Origin: an uncultured Gammaproteobacteria bacterium
GTDB lineage: Bacteria; Patescibacteriota; Microgenomatia; UBA12405
Direction: 5' to 3'
Assembly: GCA_964408995.1 (NCBI GenBank)
Contig: CAYPBP010000001.1
Location: 10,823-74,822, forward strand
Length of the DNA stretch: 64,000 nucleotides
Notes under the pieces: model-generated
Database searches by the model: none
Seen by the model: only the letters and a program-made list of their open reading frames with translations
Told to the model about the DNA's origin: nothing
Part shown: positions 29,653 to 39,829 of the stretch, piece after piece
Position numbering within the stretch: position 1 is the stretch's first letter
Layout of the letters: every line of letters starts with the position of its first letter
Translations under genes and position numbers: made by a program

Positions 29653-30858
29653 ATGATACAAAGACCAGAATATATTCAAAAACTTAAAGATTTACGCGAC
29701 AAAAAAATAATTAAAGTAATAACCGGTGTTCGTCGTTGTGGAAAGTCAACTTTATTAGAAATATATCAAAAAGAATTAATTAATGATGGTGTTTCCTCTA
29801 GCCAAATTCAATATTATAATTTCGAAAACCCAAAAAATTTAGTTTGGGCCGATAAATGGTTGGAACTTTATCAAAATATTATAAATAAAACCATAAAAGG
29901 TAAACAAAATTATATTTTTTTGGATGAAATTCAAAATATAAATAATTTTGAACGCCTAACTGATGGCCTTTTTGTTAAAAAGGGAATTGACTTATATGTT
30001 ACTGGGTCAAATGCTTATTTTCTCTCCCAAGATATAGCTACTATTCTTTCTGGTCGAATGTTTGAAATCAAAGTATTTCCCTTATCTTTTTCAGAGTATA
30101 TTTCAGCATTCAAAGATAAAAATGATCTTTCAGATAAGTTCGAAAAATATATTCAATATGGAGGAATGCCTCAAATTTTAGATTTTAAGAACAACCAAGG
30201 CCTTATATTAGAATATCTTCAAGGTTTATATAATACGGTTCATCTTAATGATGTTCTTAAACGACCTGGAGTTAATGATAAAGATGTTCTTAAAGATATT
30301 TCAGCTTTTATGTTAGATAATATTGGCAATATTACTGCTGCTAAAAAAATTGCTGATACTCTAACTTCAAAAGGTCGAGCAATATCTCACAGTACTGTTG
30401 AAAAATATATTTCCGCCTTAGCGGAAAGTTTACTCTTCTATTCAATTGACAAAATTGGCCTTAAAGGTCGTAAACGTTTATATTCTCAAAAAAAGTTTTA
30501 TACAATAGACACTGGTTTTAGACAAATAATTCTTAGTAGCAACCAATCAAGTGAAGACAGAGGCCATTTATTAGAAAATATTGTATATTTAGAATTACTC
30601 AGACGTAATCTTAAAGTAAATTTTGGTCGAGTTGGTGATAAAGAAGTCGATTTTGTAGTTACAACAAAAGAAGGGTATACTGAATATTACCAAGTATCTT
30701 GGAGTGTTAGAGACAAACATACATATCAAAGAGAAATAACACCCTTAGAATCTATAAAAGATCACAATACTAAATATCTGTTAACGATTGATCCAGAAGA
30801 ATCAATTAATAACGGCATCCGTCAAAAAAATGTCATCAATTGGCTTCTTGAAATTTAA
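29653..30858 (+). CDS. AAA+ ATPase (DUF4143-type 'ATP-binding protein')
   Basis: Walker A GVRRCGKST, Walker B FLDEIQ; C-terminal DUF4143-like region. Confidence 0.6.
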   Translation: MIQRPEYIQKLKDLRDKKIIKVITGVRRCGKSTLLEIYQKELINDGVSSSQIQYYNFENPKNLVWADKWLELYQNIINKTIKGKQNYIFLDEIQNINNFERLTDGLFVKKGIDLYVTGSNAYFLSQDIATILSGRMFEIKVFPLSFSEYISAFKDKNDLSDKFEKYIQYGGMPQILDFKNNQGLILEYLQGLYNTVHLNDVLKRPGVNDKDVLKDISAFMLDNIGNITAAKKIADTLTSKGRAISHSTVEKYISALAESLLFYSIDKIGLKGRKRLYSQKKFYTIDTGFRQIILSSNQSSEDRGHLLENIVYLELLRRNLKVNFGRVGDKEVDFVVTTKEGYTEYYQVSWSVRDKHTYQREITPLESIKDHNTKYLLTIDPEESINNGIRQKNVINWLLEI

Positions 30859-30864
30859 AACAAA

Positions 30865-30987
30865 ATGAAATTACAAATCAAAAAATTCTGCACCCGCGCC
30901 ATTTACATCAACAATCATCAAATTCAATATGATGGTGATACTGCAAAAGCCACTAAAAAATATTTAGCTGATTCAGAAAATAAATGA
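30865..30987 (+). pseudogene. decayed duplicate of the last ~36 codons of the wzt-like gene (mini-ORF remnant)
   Basis: aaaaattctgcacccgcgccatttacatcaacaa identical to 28442..28475, remainder ~85% identical to 28476..28553 with mostly synonymous changes; stop overlaps downstream ATG (ATGA). Confidence 0.55.
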
Positions 30988-32111
30988 ACCTCTATAGAAA
31001 ATTAGTTCCCGAAATTATCCGAACTCAAATCCGAAATCCCCAATATATTTTTGATGATCTAAAATTTCTATCAAAATTTTTATCAAAGGCTCAATCATCA
31101 ACAAATTCCACCATTGCAAAATCTATTTGTTATATCATTCCCACAACCAACATCACTGGTGGTGTGGCTGTTGTCTGTGAACACTTAAACAGGCTAAAAA
31201 AACTTGGCTACAAAACTCTAATTGCAAGTTATGACAATAAAACCGATCTTTCTTGGTTCCCAGATCAATCTGTCAAAGTTATCCCTCTAAAAGGTAACAA
31301 GGAAACTATTGAAAAATACGAAACAGTTGTGGCCACTGGTTGGATAACCGCCTATGAGCTCTTATTATTAAATGTCAAAAGAAAAATTTATTTTGTTCAA
31401 TCCGATGAAACCCGATTTTACCCCAAGGGTAGTTATCTAAAACAAAGAGTCAAAAGAACTTACTCTTTTCCTTTCGAATTTATGACCATTGCCAAATGGC
31501 TTCAAAAATTCCTAAAAGAAAATTTTAATCAAGATTCTTTTTATGTCCCCAATGGCATTAATACCGATATTTTCCATCCCGATACTCCGTTTGCTCCAAA
31601 ACCAAAAAACAAAAAAAGAATATTACTCGAAGGAGCCATAAACCTTCCTTTCAAAGGCATGGAAGAAGCATTTAAAGTTGTCCAAGACCTAGATTGTGAA
31701 GTATGGTGTGTTTCCTACGATGGCAAACCAAAACCAGAATGGCATTGCAACAGATTCTTTGAAAAAGTTCCCATGCAAGACATGAGAAAAATCTATTCAT
31801 CTTGTGACATTCTATTAAAATTATCAAAAGTAGAAGGCTTCTTTGGTCCTCCACTTGAAATGATGGCCTGTGGGGGAGTCTCAATTGTTGCCAAAGTCAC
31901 TGGCTATGATGAATATATAATCGATGGCTATAATGCACTAGTTACAGAACCAAATAACTTCAAAAAAACCAAAAAACTTTTACAAAAGCTAATTAGTGAT
32001 AAAAAATTGTATAATCATCTAAAATCCAATTCTCAAAAAACAGTTGAAAAAATGAGTTGGAATAAAACAATTTTAAATTTAAAAACATTTATAAATGAAA
32101 AAAGAAAATAA
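30984..32111 (+). CDS. glycosyltransferase family 4 (GT-B)
   Basis: YVPNGINTDIFHP and KVEGFFGPPLEMMACGGVSIV motifs. Confidence 0.55.
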   Translation: MNLYRKLVPEIIRTQIRNPQYIFDDLKFLSKFLSKAQSSTNSTIAKSICYIIPTTNITGGVAVVCEHLNRLKKLGYKTLIASYDNKTDLSWFPDQSVKVIPLKGNKETIEKYETVVATGWITAYELLLLNVKRKIYFVQSDETRFYPKGSYLKQRVKRTYSFPFEFMTIAKWLQKFLKENFNQDSFYVPNGINTDIFHPDTPFAPKPKNKKRILLEGAINLPFKGMEEAFKVVQDLDCEVWCVSYDGKPKPEWHCNRFFEKVPMQDMRKIYSSCDILLKLSKVEGFFGPPLEMMACGGVSIVAKVTGYDEYIIDGYNALVTEPNNFKKTKKLLQKLISDKKLYNHLKSNSQKTVEKMSWNKTILNLKTFINEKRK

Positions 32112-33267
32112 AAAGAAAATTTTACTTGTATGCGACACACCCAATTGGGCATTTAGCAACATTGCTAAATCAATCAAGAAAAATTTATCAAAAAACTTTG
32201 ATATAAAAATAGAATATGTAATTAATTACAAAGATATAGGTAATTTTTACAAAAAAATATTAAGAAAAAAATTTGATTTAATTCATTTTTTTTGGAGACT
32301 CATACCATGTGATTTTTTCAACCAAAATATTCATAATTCAGAAGATATTATCAACAACATAATATCTTCTACAAAACCTGTCATTACTAGTTCTGTTTAT
32401 GATCATGCTTTTTTAGACAAAGAATCTATAGAAAAATATTTTAATAAATTTAATACAATCGTTGATTTTTACACTGTTAGTTCTAAAAAACTTTATAATA
32501 TTTATTCTTCGAATGAAAAAATTAAAAAACCTAATTATATAATTCAAGATGGGGTTGATTTAAATCTTTTTTATCCAATTAATTTAAATCGATTTAATAA
32601 AGACAAAAAAGATTTAATAATTGGTTGGGTTGGAAATAGTAAATGGTCTATAAAAAAAGGAGACGACATTAAAGGTGTAAACACTATTATTAAACCAGCC
32701 ATTAAAATTCTTAAACATAAAGGATTCAATGTCGTCGAAAATTTCGCTGACAGAAATAAAATATTTATACCTCTTAAAAAAATGGTTGATTATTACAGTA
32801 ATATAGACATTTTGATTTGTGCCTCAGAAGTAGAAGGTACACCAAATCCAGTTTTAGAAGCAATGGCTTGTGGAGTACCAATAATATCAACTGATGTTGG
32901 AATTGTTTCAGAAGTCTTTGAAAAAAAACAAAAAAAATTCATAATTAATAGAAATATAGATGATTTAATACTAAAAATAGAAAAGTTATATAACAACCGA
33001 AAAATGATTTTGGAATTATCAGAAGAAAATATAAAACAAATAAAAAAATTCACTAGAATAAAAGAATCAAAAAAATGGCTTTCTTTTTTTGAAGAATCAT
33101 TAAAAAAAGAACAATCTTCTAAAGACAAAGAAAACGCTTTATTAAAAGAATTTTTAAAAGAGGCTATTGATAAAAATAAAAGAACAGAAGATAGAATAAG
33201 AATTAGACGAATTCTTTTTAATAAGATAGAAATTGGTTTGTTTTTAAAGAAAAAATCATCCCAATGA
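32095..33267 (+). CDS. glycosyltransferase family 4 (GT-B)
   Basis: GWVGNSKW...EVEGTPNPVLEAMACGVPIISTDVG motifs. Confidence 0.6.
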   Translation: MKKENKKKILLVCDTPNWAFSNIAKSIKKNLSKNFDIKIEYVINYKDIGNFYKKILRKKFDLIHFFWRLIPCDFFNQNIHNSEDIINNIISSTKPVITSSVYDHAFLDKESIEKYFNKFNTIVDFYTVSSKKLYNIYSSNEKIKKPNYIIQDGVDLNLFYPINLNRFNKDKKDLIIGWVGNSKWSIKKGDDIKGVNTIIKPAIKILKHKGFNVVENFADRNKIFIPLKKMVDYYSNIDILICASEVEGTPNPVLEAMACGVPIISTDVGIVSEVFEKKQKKFIINRNIDDLILKIEKLYNNRKMILELSEENIKQIKKFTRIKESKKWLSFFEESLKKEQSSKDKENALLKEFLKEAIDKNKRTEDRIRIRRILFNKIEIGLFLKKKSSQ

Positions 33268-35144
33268 AAAGAACTAATAAATTTTTATATATAGTAAATC
33301 TTTTCGCAGTTTCATTTATTTTATTTCTAAATATTGAAGAATATATCCCTAATTTAAAAACACCAACTTACTTAATAAGCGCAATAAATCAAAAGAACGA
33401 AAAATCTAACGATACTGAAGTTTGGATTTCAAACTATAAAAAACCAGTTTTAATTAATAAGGATATAAAAAATTGGTTTAAAAAAGATGGAGCTTATTAT
33501 TCTAATGGAAAAGAAGAAAACTATATAAATATTAGAAATCAGGAAAAAATCACATTTATAAAACACCAATGGTCGGGAATAGTTTCAATAGAAAATACTA
33601 ATACTAAAGAAAAAGAAATCATTGATTTGTATTCAACAACAGACGATTCGTACATTTATAACCTAAAAATCTTACCAACAAACCATTTTTTTTACTATCT
33701 CATAAGAATCTTAATCTTTTCTTTTACAATTGCCTTTATTAATATATTAATCAAATTAGTTTTCCTAATTAAAACTCCAAAGTTCAAATTCAACTTAAAA
33801 ATAAGTGATAAAACAATAATTATTTCTATAATATTTTTTTCACTAATTCCAATTATTTATCTAGTTACTTTTTATCCAGGATTATTAAGTGGTGACTCTT
33901 TAGGCCAATGGAAGCAATTAACAGATTTCCAATTTATAGATGCTCATCCTGCATTTCATACTCTTATATACTGGCTAATAACTCGTATTTATTACAGCCC
34001 AGTTTCAATAGTTATTTTCCAAATAATTAGTCTTTCTGCAATTTGGGTTTATGGAATATTATCTTTAATAAAAAATTTAAAACCAAATAATTTAAATAGA
34101 CTTTTAATTATACTAATCAGTCTCATTTTTTTTGCCGCACCACAAAATGGATTAATGGCAATTACATTATGGAAAGATGTTTTATTTAGTTATTCAATTC
34201 TTTTTTTAACCATCAACTTATTCAACATTATCTTCGATATTAAATGGATAAACAAAAAAAACAATCAAATACTATTAATTTCATCTTTAGTATTAGTCTG
34301 TCTTTTACGACACAACGGTATAATTACCTTTATTAGCACAATTGTTAGTTTAATTTTAATATATAAAACCAAGTTCTTAAAAATAACTTTAATTTCAATT
34401 TTAGTGATTTTATTAATTAAATACCCTTTATACAAAATATTAAAAGTTAATAAAATAGAAGAAACTTTTAGCTCAGGATACACACTAAATTATTTAAATG
34501 GTTATTTTTACGAAAATCAAATTTCAAAAGAAAAATACAAAGAATTTTACAATAGTCTTTATCCACAAAAACAAGCATCTACTTTTTATAATTCATATTG
34601 TATAAACTATGGCGGTAATGGTTTAGAAAAAGATTTTTTTATAAAAAACAATAATAAAATAAACCAATATTTAAAAAAAGAAATAATTGACAATCCAAAT
34701 ATCTTTCTTAAATTAATTAAAAAAAGAGCCTCTTTAGTATGGCAAATAAAACAACCATCAGATTCATATACATACACCACTCCAATTGATGATTATAAAT
34801 CAAGAACTATCTTAAAAGAAAACTACAATATAGATTCTTTTAATCCTGATTCTAAATTAACCTTTTTTATAAGAAAACTAGTTTATCTTACTGAAAGTGA
34901 AAAATACAAAAGTCTTTTTTGGAGACCAGCCTTAAGTTTAATAATAATTCTACTTATTTCACTATATCTATTTAAAAAAAATAAAAACAATCTCTTACTT
35001 CTTCCACTTATTCCAGTAATAACACTATCTGCTGGATTAATTTTGACCATTCCTGGACAGGATTATAGATACCTATTCTCGAATTATCTCATATCAATCT
35101 ATTTTATTTTGATACTTTTAGTGTTCAACAAAAAATTAAGATAA
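33264..35144 (+). CDS. large polytopic membrane protein, putative GT-C glycosyltransferase/polymerase
   Basis: 626 aa; N-terminal signal/TM and ~150 aa soluble region then >10 TM helices with YPGLLSGDSLGQW loop. Confidence 0.35.
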   Translation: MKRTNKFLYIVNLFAVSFILFLNIEEYIPNLKTPTYLISAINQKNEKSNDTEVWISNYKKPVLINKDIKNWFKKDGAYYSNGKEENYINIRNQEKITFIKHQWSGIVSIENTNTKEKEIIDLYSTTDDSYIYNLKILPTNHFFYYLIRILIFSFTIAFINILIKLVFLIKTPKFKFNLKISDKTIIISIIFFSLIPIIYLVTFYPGLLSGDSLGQWKQLTDFQFIDAHPAFHTLIYWLITRIYYSPVSIVIFQIISLSAIWVYGILSLIKNLKPNNLNRLLIILISLIFFAAPQNGLMAITLWKDVLFSYSILFLTINLFNIIFDIKWINKKNNQILLISSLVLVCLLRHNGIITFISTIVSLILIYKTKFLKITLISILVILLIKYPLYKILKVNKIEETFSSGYTLNYLNGYFYENQISKEKYKEFYNSLYPQKQASTFYNSYCINYGGNGLEKDFFIKNNNKINQYLKKEIIDNPNIFLKLIKKRASLVWQIKQPSDSYTYTTPIDDYKSRTILKENYNIDSFNPDSKLTFFIRKLVYLTESEKYKSLFWRPALSLIIILLISLYLFKKNKNNLLLLPLIPVITLSAGLILTIPGQDYRYLFSNYLISIYFILILLVFNKKLR

Positions 35145-35150
35145 TTAAAA

Positions 35151-36926
35151 TTATTTTGATATTTTTAAAAATCTAACATTTACATTTTCTTTTTCAACAA
35201 AATACAAAACAGAATTACTACCCCGTAAAGAATATTTTTTATATAACCTTACACAAATCTCACCATTGTTTTGACTTTTTAATATCTTCTTAAATTCTTC
35301 TAGATACCTACCTTCAATCTGTATCTTTTCTTGATTTAAATATCCCGAATGTAAAATTTTATTTCCACTGATAATTTCATATTTAAAAATATCTTTAATA
35401 TAAATATTTTCTTTTCTATTATTGGTCAAATAAATAACAAAACCCCCAATTTTATCATCCCCAATATTTTCACAAAATTTATTGTCAGTAATAGAAATGA
35501 GTTCGTATCCAGAATTTTTGTTTTTATAATCTTTATAACCATCTAAAGTTAGTTCATTTATATTTTTATAAACACTAGAATAATCATAATAACGTAAATA
35601 AACAGATTTAATTACACTAACAGACACTACAAAAACAAAAATCACACTAAAAATTAATTCCATCTTTTTCATTCCGATTATTTCAATTAAACGTACTATT
35701 CCATACATAAAAAATAAAAAAAGAATAAAGAAATATCTTCCTTGAACTCCACCAATAATTTTGTTTGCCACAGGAGTCCATGTTAAATATAAAGAAGTTT
35801 CTATAATTACATACGAACCAATCACAATTCCAAAAATAAAAAGCAATTCAAAAATATTTTTTAATTCTAATTTCTTTGTTTTAACAAATTTAATTTTAGA
35901 TACAATAAAAATTACAAAAAAAATTATTAATAAATAAACACTAAAAGGTAGTTGATAATCTAACCAACCAAAATTACCTAAAAAACTATTCCAATAAAAA
36001 TATAAATTTTCTGCAGTTGTTTTAGATAATACACTTATAAAATAAAATGGATCGTCTAAAACAATTTCTTTCTGTAAAAAAGGATTCACTAAACCACTTT
36101 GAACATTGTCAACAAAAGAAACATTTGTTTTAATCAAAAAAAATGTCAATAAAAAGTAAATTATCAAAATTAAATATTTAATAAAAATATTTTTTATATT
36201 TTTATTAAAAAAAGGATAAGATGGCAATAAAATAGGCAAAAGTAACAACAAATAATAACCGCTCTTAACTAAAACAAAGATTAGAATCAAAGCATAAAAC
36301 AAAAACAATAACCATAATTTAATCTTTGAAAAATTATTTTTTAAATAAACATAAAGAGAAAAAGACAATAAGCCTAAAGAAATATGAAAAGAATCATAAC
36401 TTATAGCTGTAACTTGATGAATTACCATTGGAATAATTGAAATGGCCATAATTAAAGGAAAATATCTCCCTGATAAATTTAATGAAATAAACACTGCAAC
36501 TAGAAAAATAATAAAACCAAATAATCTAGAAAGATAAAAAGAAAGCAATAAATTGTTACCACCAATAGTTATCCCTATTATGTTTGGCAAATAAGACAAA
36601 ATACCAAACTTAACACAAGAACCATTGTAGACTGCCTTTTCCTTCGAATTTATTTCATATTCTCTAAATAAAATCGATTTTGGAAACTTATTCTGGCTAT
36701 TCATAATAAGAGTACTTGCTTTCATTTGTTCTGGGAAATTAAGGATATCTACAGGTAAGTTATTTAAACCAACACCAAAAAAACCACACTCACCCCTAAC
36801 AGAAACACTATATGTATTGAAATAATGATAAGACTCATCTGCTTTTTGAAAAGGAGGCACCAAAAAAACAAAGATTAAACCAATCAAAATAATAAAAAGA
36901 AAAAAAACTTTATTGAATTTATTCAT
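35151..36926 (-). CDS. DUF2142-like polytopic membrane protein (GT-C-like)
   Basis: N-terminal VPPFQKADESYHYF (P-DE-H motif of DUF2142) after first TM; many TM helices; C-terminal soluble domain. Confidence 0.45.
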   Translation of the reverse strand: MNKFNKVFFLFIILIGLIFVFLVPPFQKADESYHYFNTYSVSVRGECGFFGVGLNNLPVDILNFPEQMKASTLIMNSQNKFPKSILFREYEINSKEKAVYNGSCVKFGILSYLPNIIGITIGGNNLLLSFYLSRLFGFIIFLVAVFISLNLSGRYFPLIMAISIIPMVIHQVTAISYDSFHISLGLLSFSLYVYLKNNFSKIKLWLLFLFYALILIFVLVKSGYYLLLLLPILLPSYPFFNKNIKNIFIKYLILIIYFLLTFFLIKTNVSFVDNVQSGLVNPFLQKEIVLDDPFYFISVLSKTTAENLYFYWNSFLGNFGWLDYQLPFSVYLLIIFFVIFIVSKIKFVKTKKLELKNIFELLFIFGIVIGSYVIIETSLYLTWTPVANKIIGGVQGRYFFILFLFFMYGIVRLIEIIGMKKMELIFSVIFVFVVSVSVIKSVYLRYYDYSSVYKNINELTLDGYKDYKNKNSGYELISITDNKFCENIGDDKIGGFVIYLTNNRKENIYIKDIFKYEIISGNKILHSGYLNQEKIQIEGRYLEEFKKILKSQNNGEICVRLYKKYSLRGSNSVLYFVEKENVNVRFLKISK

Positions 36927-38709
36927 TTTTATTTTTATTTAAAGAAACACTACAATTTCTACGAAATAAATCAAGATCAAATGGGGGATATATGTATATA
37001 TTAGCAGATTGTGTGGCAATTTTTATCAAACCTTCAGATTCACAATCAAATTCAAGAACTTTTATCGGATTAACAATTAATGTATTAGAATCAATTTGTT
37101 TTAATTGAGAAATATAGTAATCATAATTTTTATAATTAATCACCGATTTTAGATCATAAATTACATTATACTTCGTAAGCAAATATGAAGATGTTGCCCA
37201 TCTTGTGCTTTGATAATCACCATCAATATAAATAACATTTTTAAAATTAGAAAAATTTTCCAAAGCATAAATAACACCATTGTACTTTTCACTACTATTA
37301 GAGAAAAAATTTCCATACCCATGAATTATGTCTCCAAGAGGTGGGTTTATAATACTTGCATATTTAAAAGATATTAATATTATAAAAATAAAGATCATAA
37401 TCTTATTAAAAATGGATGTCGATGTTTTATTATTTTTTTTAAAAATAGACTTTAAAAAAACAATAAAACCTGCCACAGCAAACATACTAAAAAACAAAAT
37501 TGAAGAAGCAAAAACCTTATGGAAAGAATACGAAATTTCTCCCTTAATATAAAGTTGTAAAATTGCTAAGCCAAAACTATAAAATAGAAAGACTAAAGCA
37601 ATAATAGATAAATATTTAGAAGTTTTTGATTCTTTTTTATTATTTTTAGATAAAAAATAGATACTTAATATTACGTAAATCAAAAGTGTCATAACTGGGT
37701 AAACAGGAAAACCTCCACTTGCAGCTACTATACCACTTAGACTGAAAACAGAAGAAAATATTTGTAACATAAAAATAATAGAGAGTAGTAGGGTTATTAT
37801 TAATAAAGATAAATATTCTTTTTCTTTTTTAAAAAACCATAAATAACCATAAAAAATACACAAAACTGGGGCAAAAAAACTGTATGAAAAGAAAAAACCA
37901 AACGATAATGGAATTAATAAAAAAATTGATTTCGATTCATTACGAGACAATAAATAAATCATTCCTAAAGAAAATAGCTGATTAAACCAGTTTGATAAAA
38001 AACCATGTTTAACAAAATACAAACTAATCACAGATCCAAATACTACGGTAACAATTGGAATTATTATTTTCCAATAAAAATTACTTTTTTCATTATTATT
38101 CACTAAATCAAAAACAATTATCGACATTAACGAAATTGTTAAAAAGAATATTAACCATATATACATAGAAAAAATGTTAGTTATTAACACAATATCATTA
38201 TTAACCCCGATTAATCGTGTAACTAATTTTATAGACAACCAAGCATTACCATGAAAAGCATGTGGATAAAAACCCCCAGATAACTTGTTGTTCGATAAAA
38301 AATTTAACGCATAATTAAAATGTGCCGCAGCATCTTCAGTAAATGAAGGTATTGGAACTCTGAAACCATTATTAAAACTTTTAAAATTAAAAATAAACAG
38401 AACTATACAAAAAATGGCTGCGGTAATTATAACTATTTCATAACTATTGCTTTTACTCTTAAGAGGGTTTTTTATTCTTATATTTTTACCAACACAATAA
38501 AACAATATACTGTATACAAAATTTAGAAGAAACAGTGAAAATATACTTAACTCCAAATTAAAAATAGATACAATAAAAAAATAAACAGAGTTTACACCAA
38601 AAAAGATAATAAATCCAAATACTATACTCTCAAATATTTTTTTATTCCAAAATTTTTTATATATAAATATATAAATTAAAAAAACAATTAAAAGCAAATA
38701 ATTTACCAT
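36919..38709 (-). CDS. polytopic membrane protein, unknown family (likely glycan polymerase/GT-C)
   Basis: 596 aa, >12 hydrophobic helices, C-terminal soluble domain; 8-nt overlap with downstream membrane gene. Confidence 0.35.
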   Translation of the reverse strand: MVNYLLLIVFLIYIFIYKKFWNKKIFESIVFGFIIFFGVNSVYFFIVSIFNLELSIFSLFLLNFVYSILFYCVGKNIRIKNPLKSKSNSYEIVIITAAIFCIVLFIFNFKSFNNGFRVPIPSFTEDAAAHFNYALNFLSNNKLSGGFYPHAFHGNAWLSIKLVTRLIGVNNDIVLITNIFSMYIWLIFFLTISLMSIIVFDLVNNNEKSNFYWKIIIPIVTVVFGSVISLYFVKHGFLSNWFNQLFSLGMIYLLSRNESKSIFLLIPLSFGFFFSYSFFAPVLCIFYGYLWFFKKEKEYLSLLIITLLLSIIFMLQIFSSVFSLSGIVAASGGFPVYPVMTLLIYVILSIYFLSKNNKKESKTSKYLSIIALVFLFYSFGLAILQLYIKGEISYSFHKVFASSILFFSMFAVAGFIVFLKSIFKKNNKTSTSIFNKIMIFIFIILISFKYASIINPPLGDIIHGYGNFFSNSSEKYNGVIYALENFSNFKNVIYIDGDYQSTRWATSSYLLTKYNVIYDLKSVINYKNYDYYISQLKQIDSNTLIVNPIKVLEFDCESEGLIKIATQSANIYIYPPFDLDLFRRNCSVSLNKNKNE

Positions 38710-38803
38710 AAATTAATACAAATAATTTTTATAAAAAAATAATATAAATTCTACAAAATAAATCATGTTATTATAAACACATAGTAACAAATATCTTTTA
38801 AAA

Positions 38804-39829
38804 ATGATAATCTCTATATTCAACCATATCTGGAATCGTTTTAGTAATAACTACAAATTTAACACAAAAATAAGAAAGTATATAAATTTGTTGTTAGATA
38901 TGGTTGAAATTATTTTTAATAGAAATTTATTTAAAACAATTAATAAAAAAAATAATAATCCTAAAAAAATAATTATTTTTGCATATGGAACTACTGGCGA
39001 TATTGCTGTTTTCTCTTCATTTACTAAATATCTAAAAACACTATTTCCAAATTCAAAAATATTTTATATTATAAATTATGTCGATAAAGTAAAATATATA
39101 TCCTCATTGGATAAAAACATATACAAAATAATCACCATAAATATACCTAGATTTTTTACATTCAAAATAATTAATAAAATCAAAAAAAAATACCCTGATT
39201 ATGATTTATTCATTAATTTGAATCTCTATCCTAGTCTAAGACACTTAATGTCATATATAAAATTCATTGAAATGCCGTATTTTATTTTTAAAAAGAAACC
39301 AAATAAACTTCCTATACCAAAACTTTATCTTGATTTTAAAGTAAAACAACAAAAAATAATTTTTTTAAATTTAGAAATGATATCTCTAAATTTTAATAAT
39401 AGTTATCTACAATCACAAGAAATGGAAGAAATAATATTTTTTTTAGCCAATAAATTCAAAGAATATCAATTTATAGTAAATAATTATTCAAAGTTAACAA
39501 ATATAAAAAACATTAAAAATGTAAAATTATTTAATGGAAATTATAAAGAATTGGTTAAAATAGCAGCTTCTGCAAAAATATTTATCTCATCAAGAAATGG
39601 CCTTTGCGACGTTATAGCTGCTTCTGTTAGTAACAAACCAATGTTTATTATCTATCCCAACCTATTATTTCCTGGAAATAATGGAACCGAATTTATTTAT
39701 ATTTATGGCATGAAAGATATTGAATACCCAAATCCAATCGAAGAAACTATTTTTGATAGAGATATTAATGGTGTTAATAATTTAAAAAAACAAATAAAAA
39801 CTTTTATAGAAAAGCATTATGAAAAATAA
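38804..39829 (+). CDS. GT9-like glycosyltransferase (heptosyltransferase-family resemblance)
   Basis: KIIIFAYGTTGDIAVFSSF and YDLFINLNLYPSL resemble GT9 N-domain motifs (kILiir.sa.GDvv.t.P, YDlviDL); alternative ATG at 38900. Confidence 0.35.
   Translation: MIISIFNHIWNRFSNNYKFNTKIRKYINLLLDMVEIIFNRNLFKTINKKNNNPKKIIIFAYGTTGDIAVFSSFTKYLKTLFPNSKIFYIINYVDKVKYISSLDKNIYKIITINIPRFFTFKIINKIKKKYPDYDLFINLNLYPSLRHLMSYIKFIEMPYFIFKKKPNKLPIPKLYLDFKVKQQKIIFLNLEMISLNFNNSYLQSQEMEEIIFFLANKFKEYQFIVNNYSKLTNIKNIKNVKLFNGNYKELVKIAASAKIFISSRNGLCDVIAASVSNKPMFIIYPNLLFPGNNGTEFIYIYGMKDIEYPNPIEETIFDRDINGVNNLKKQIKTFIEKHYEK

Noticed and set aside
30865-30987. 41-codon mini-ORF with ATG and stop upstream of GT4 gene
   Set aside because: It is a decayed duplicate of the wzt 3' end and not an independent gene. 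It is kept as a pseudogene/remnant.
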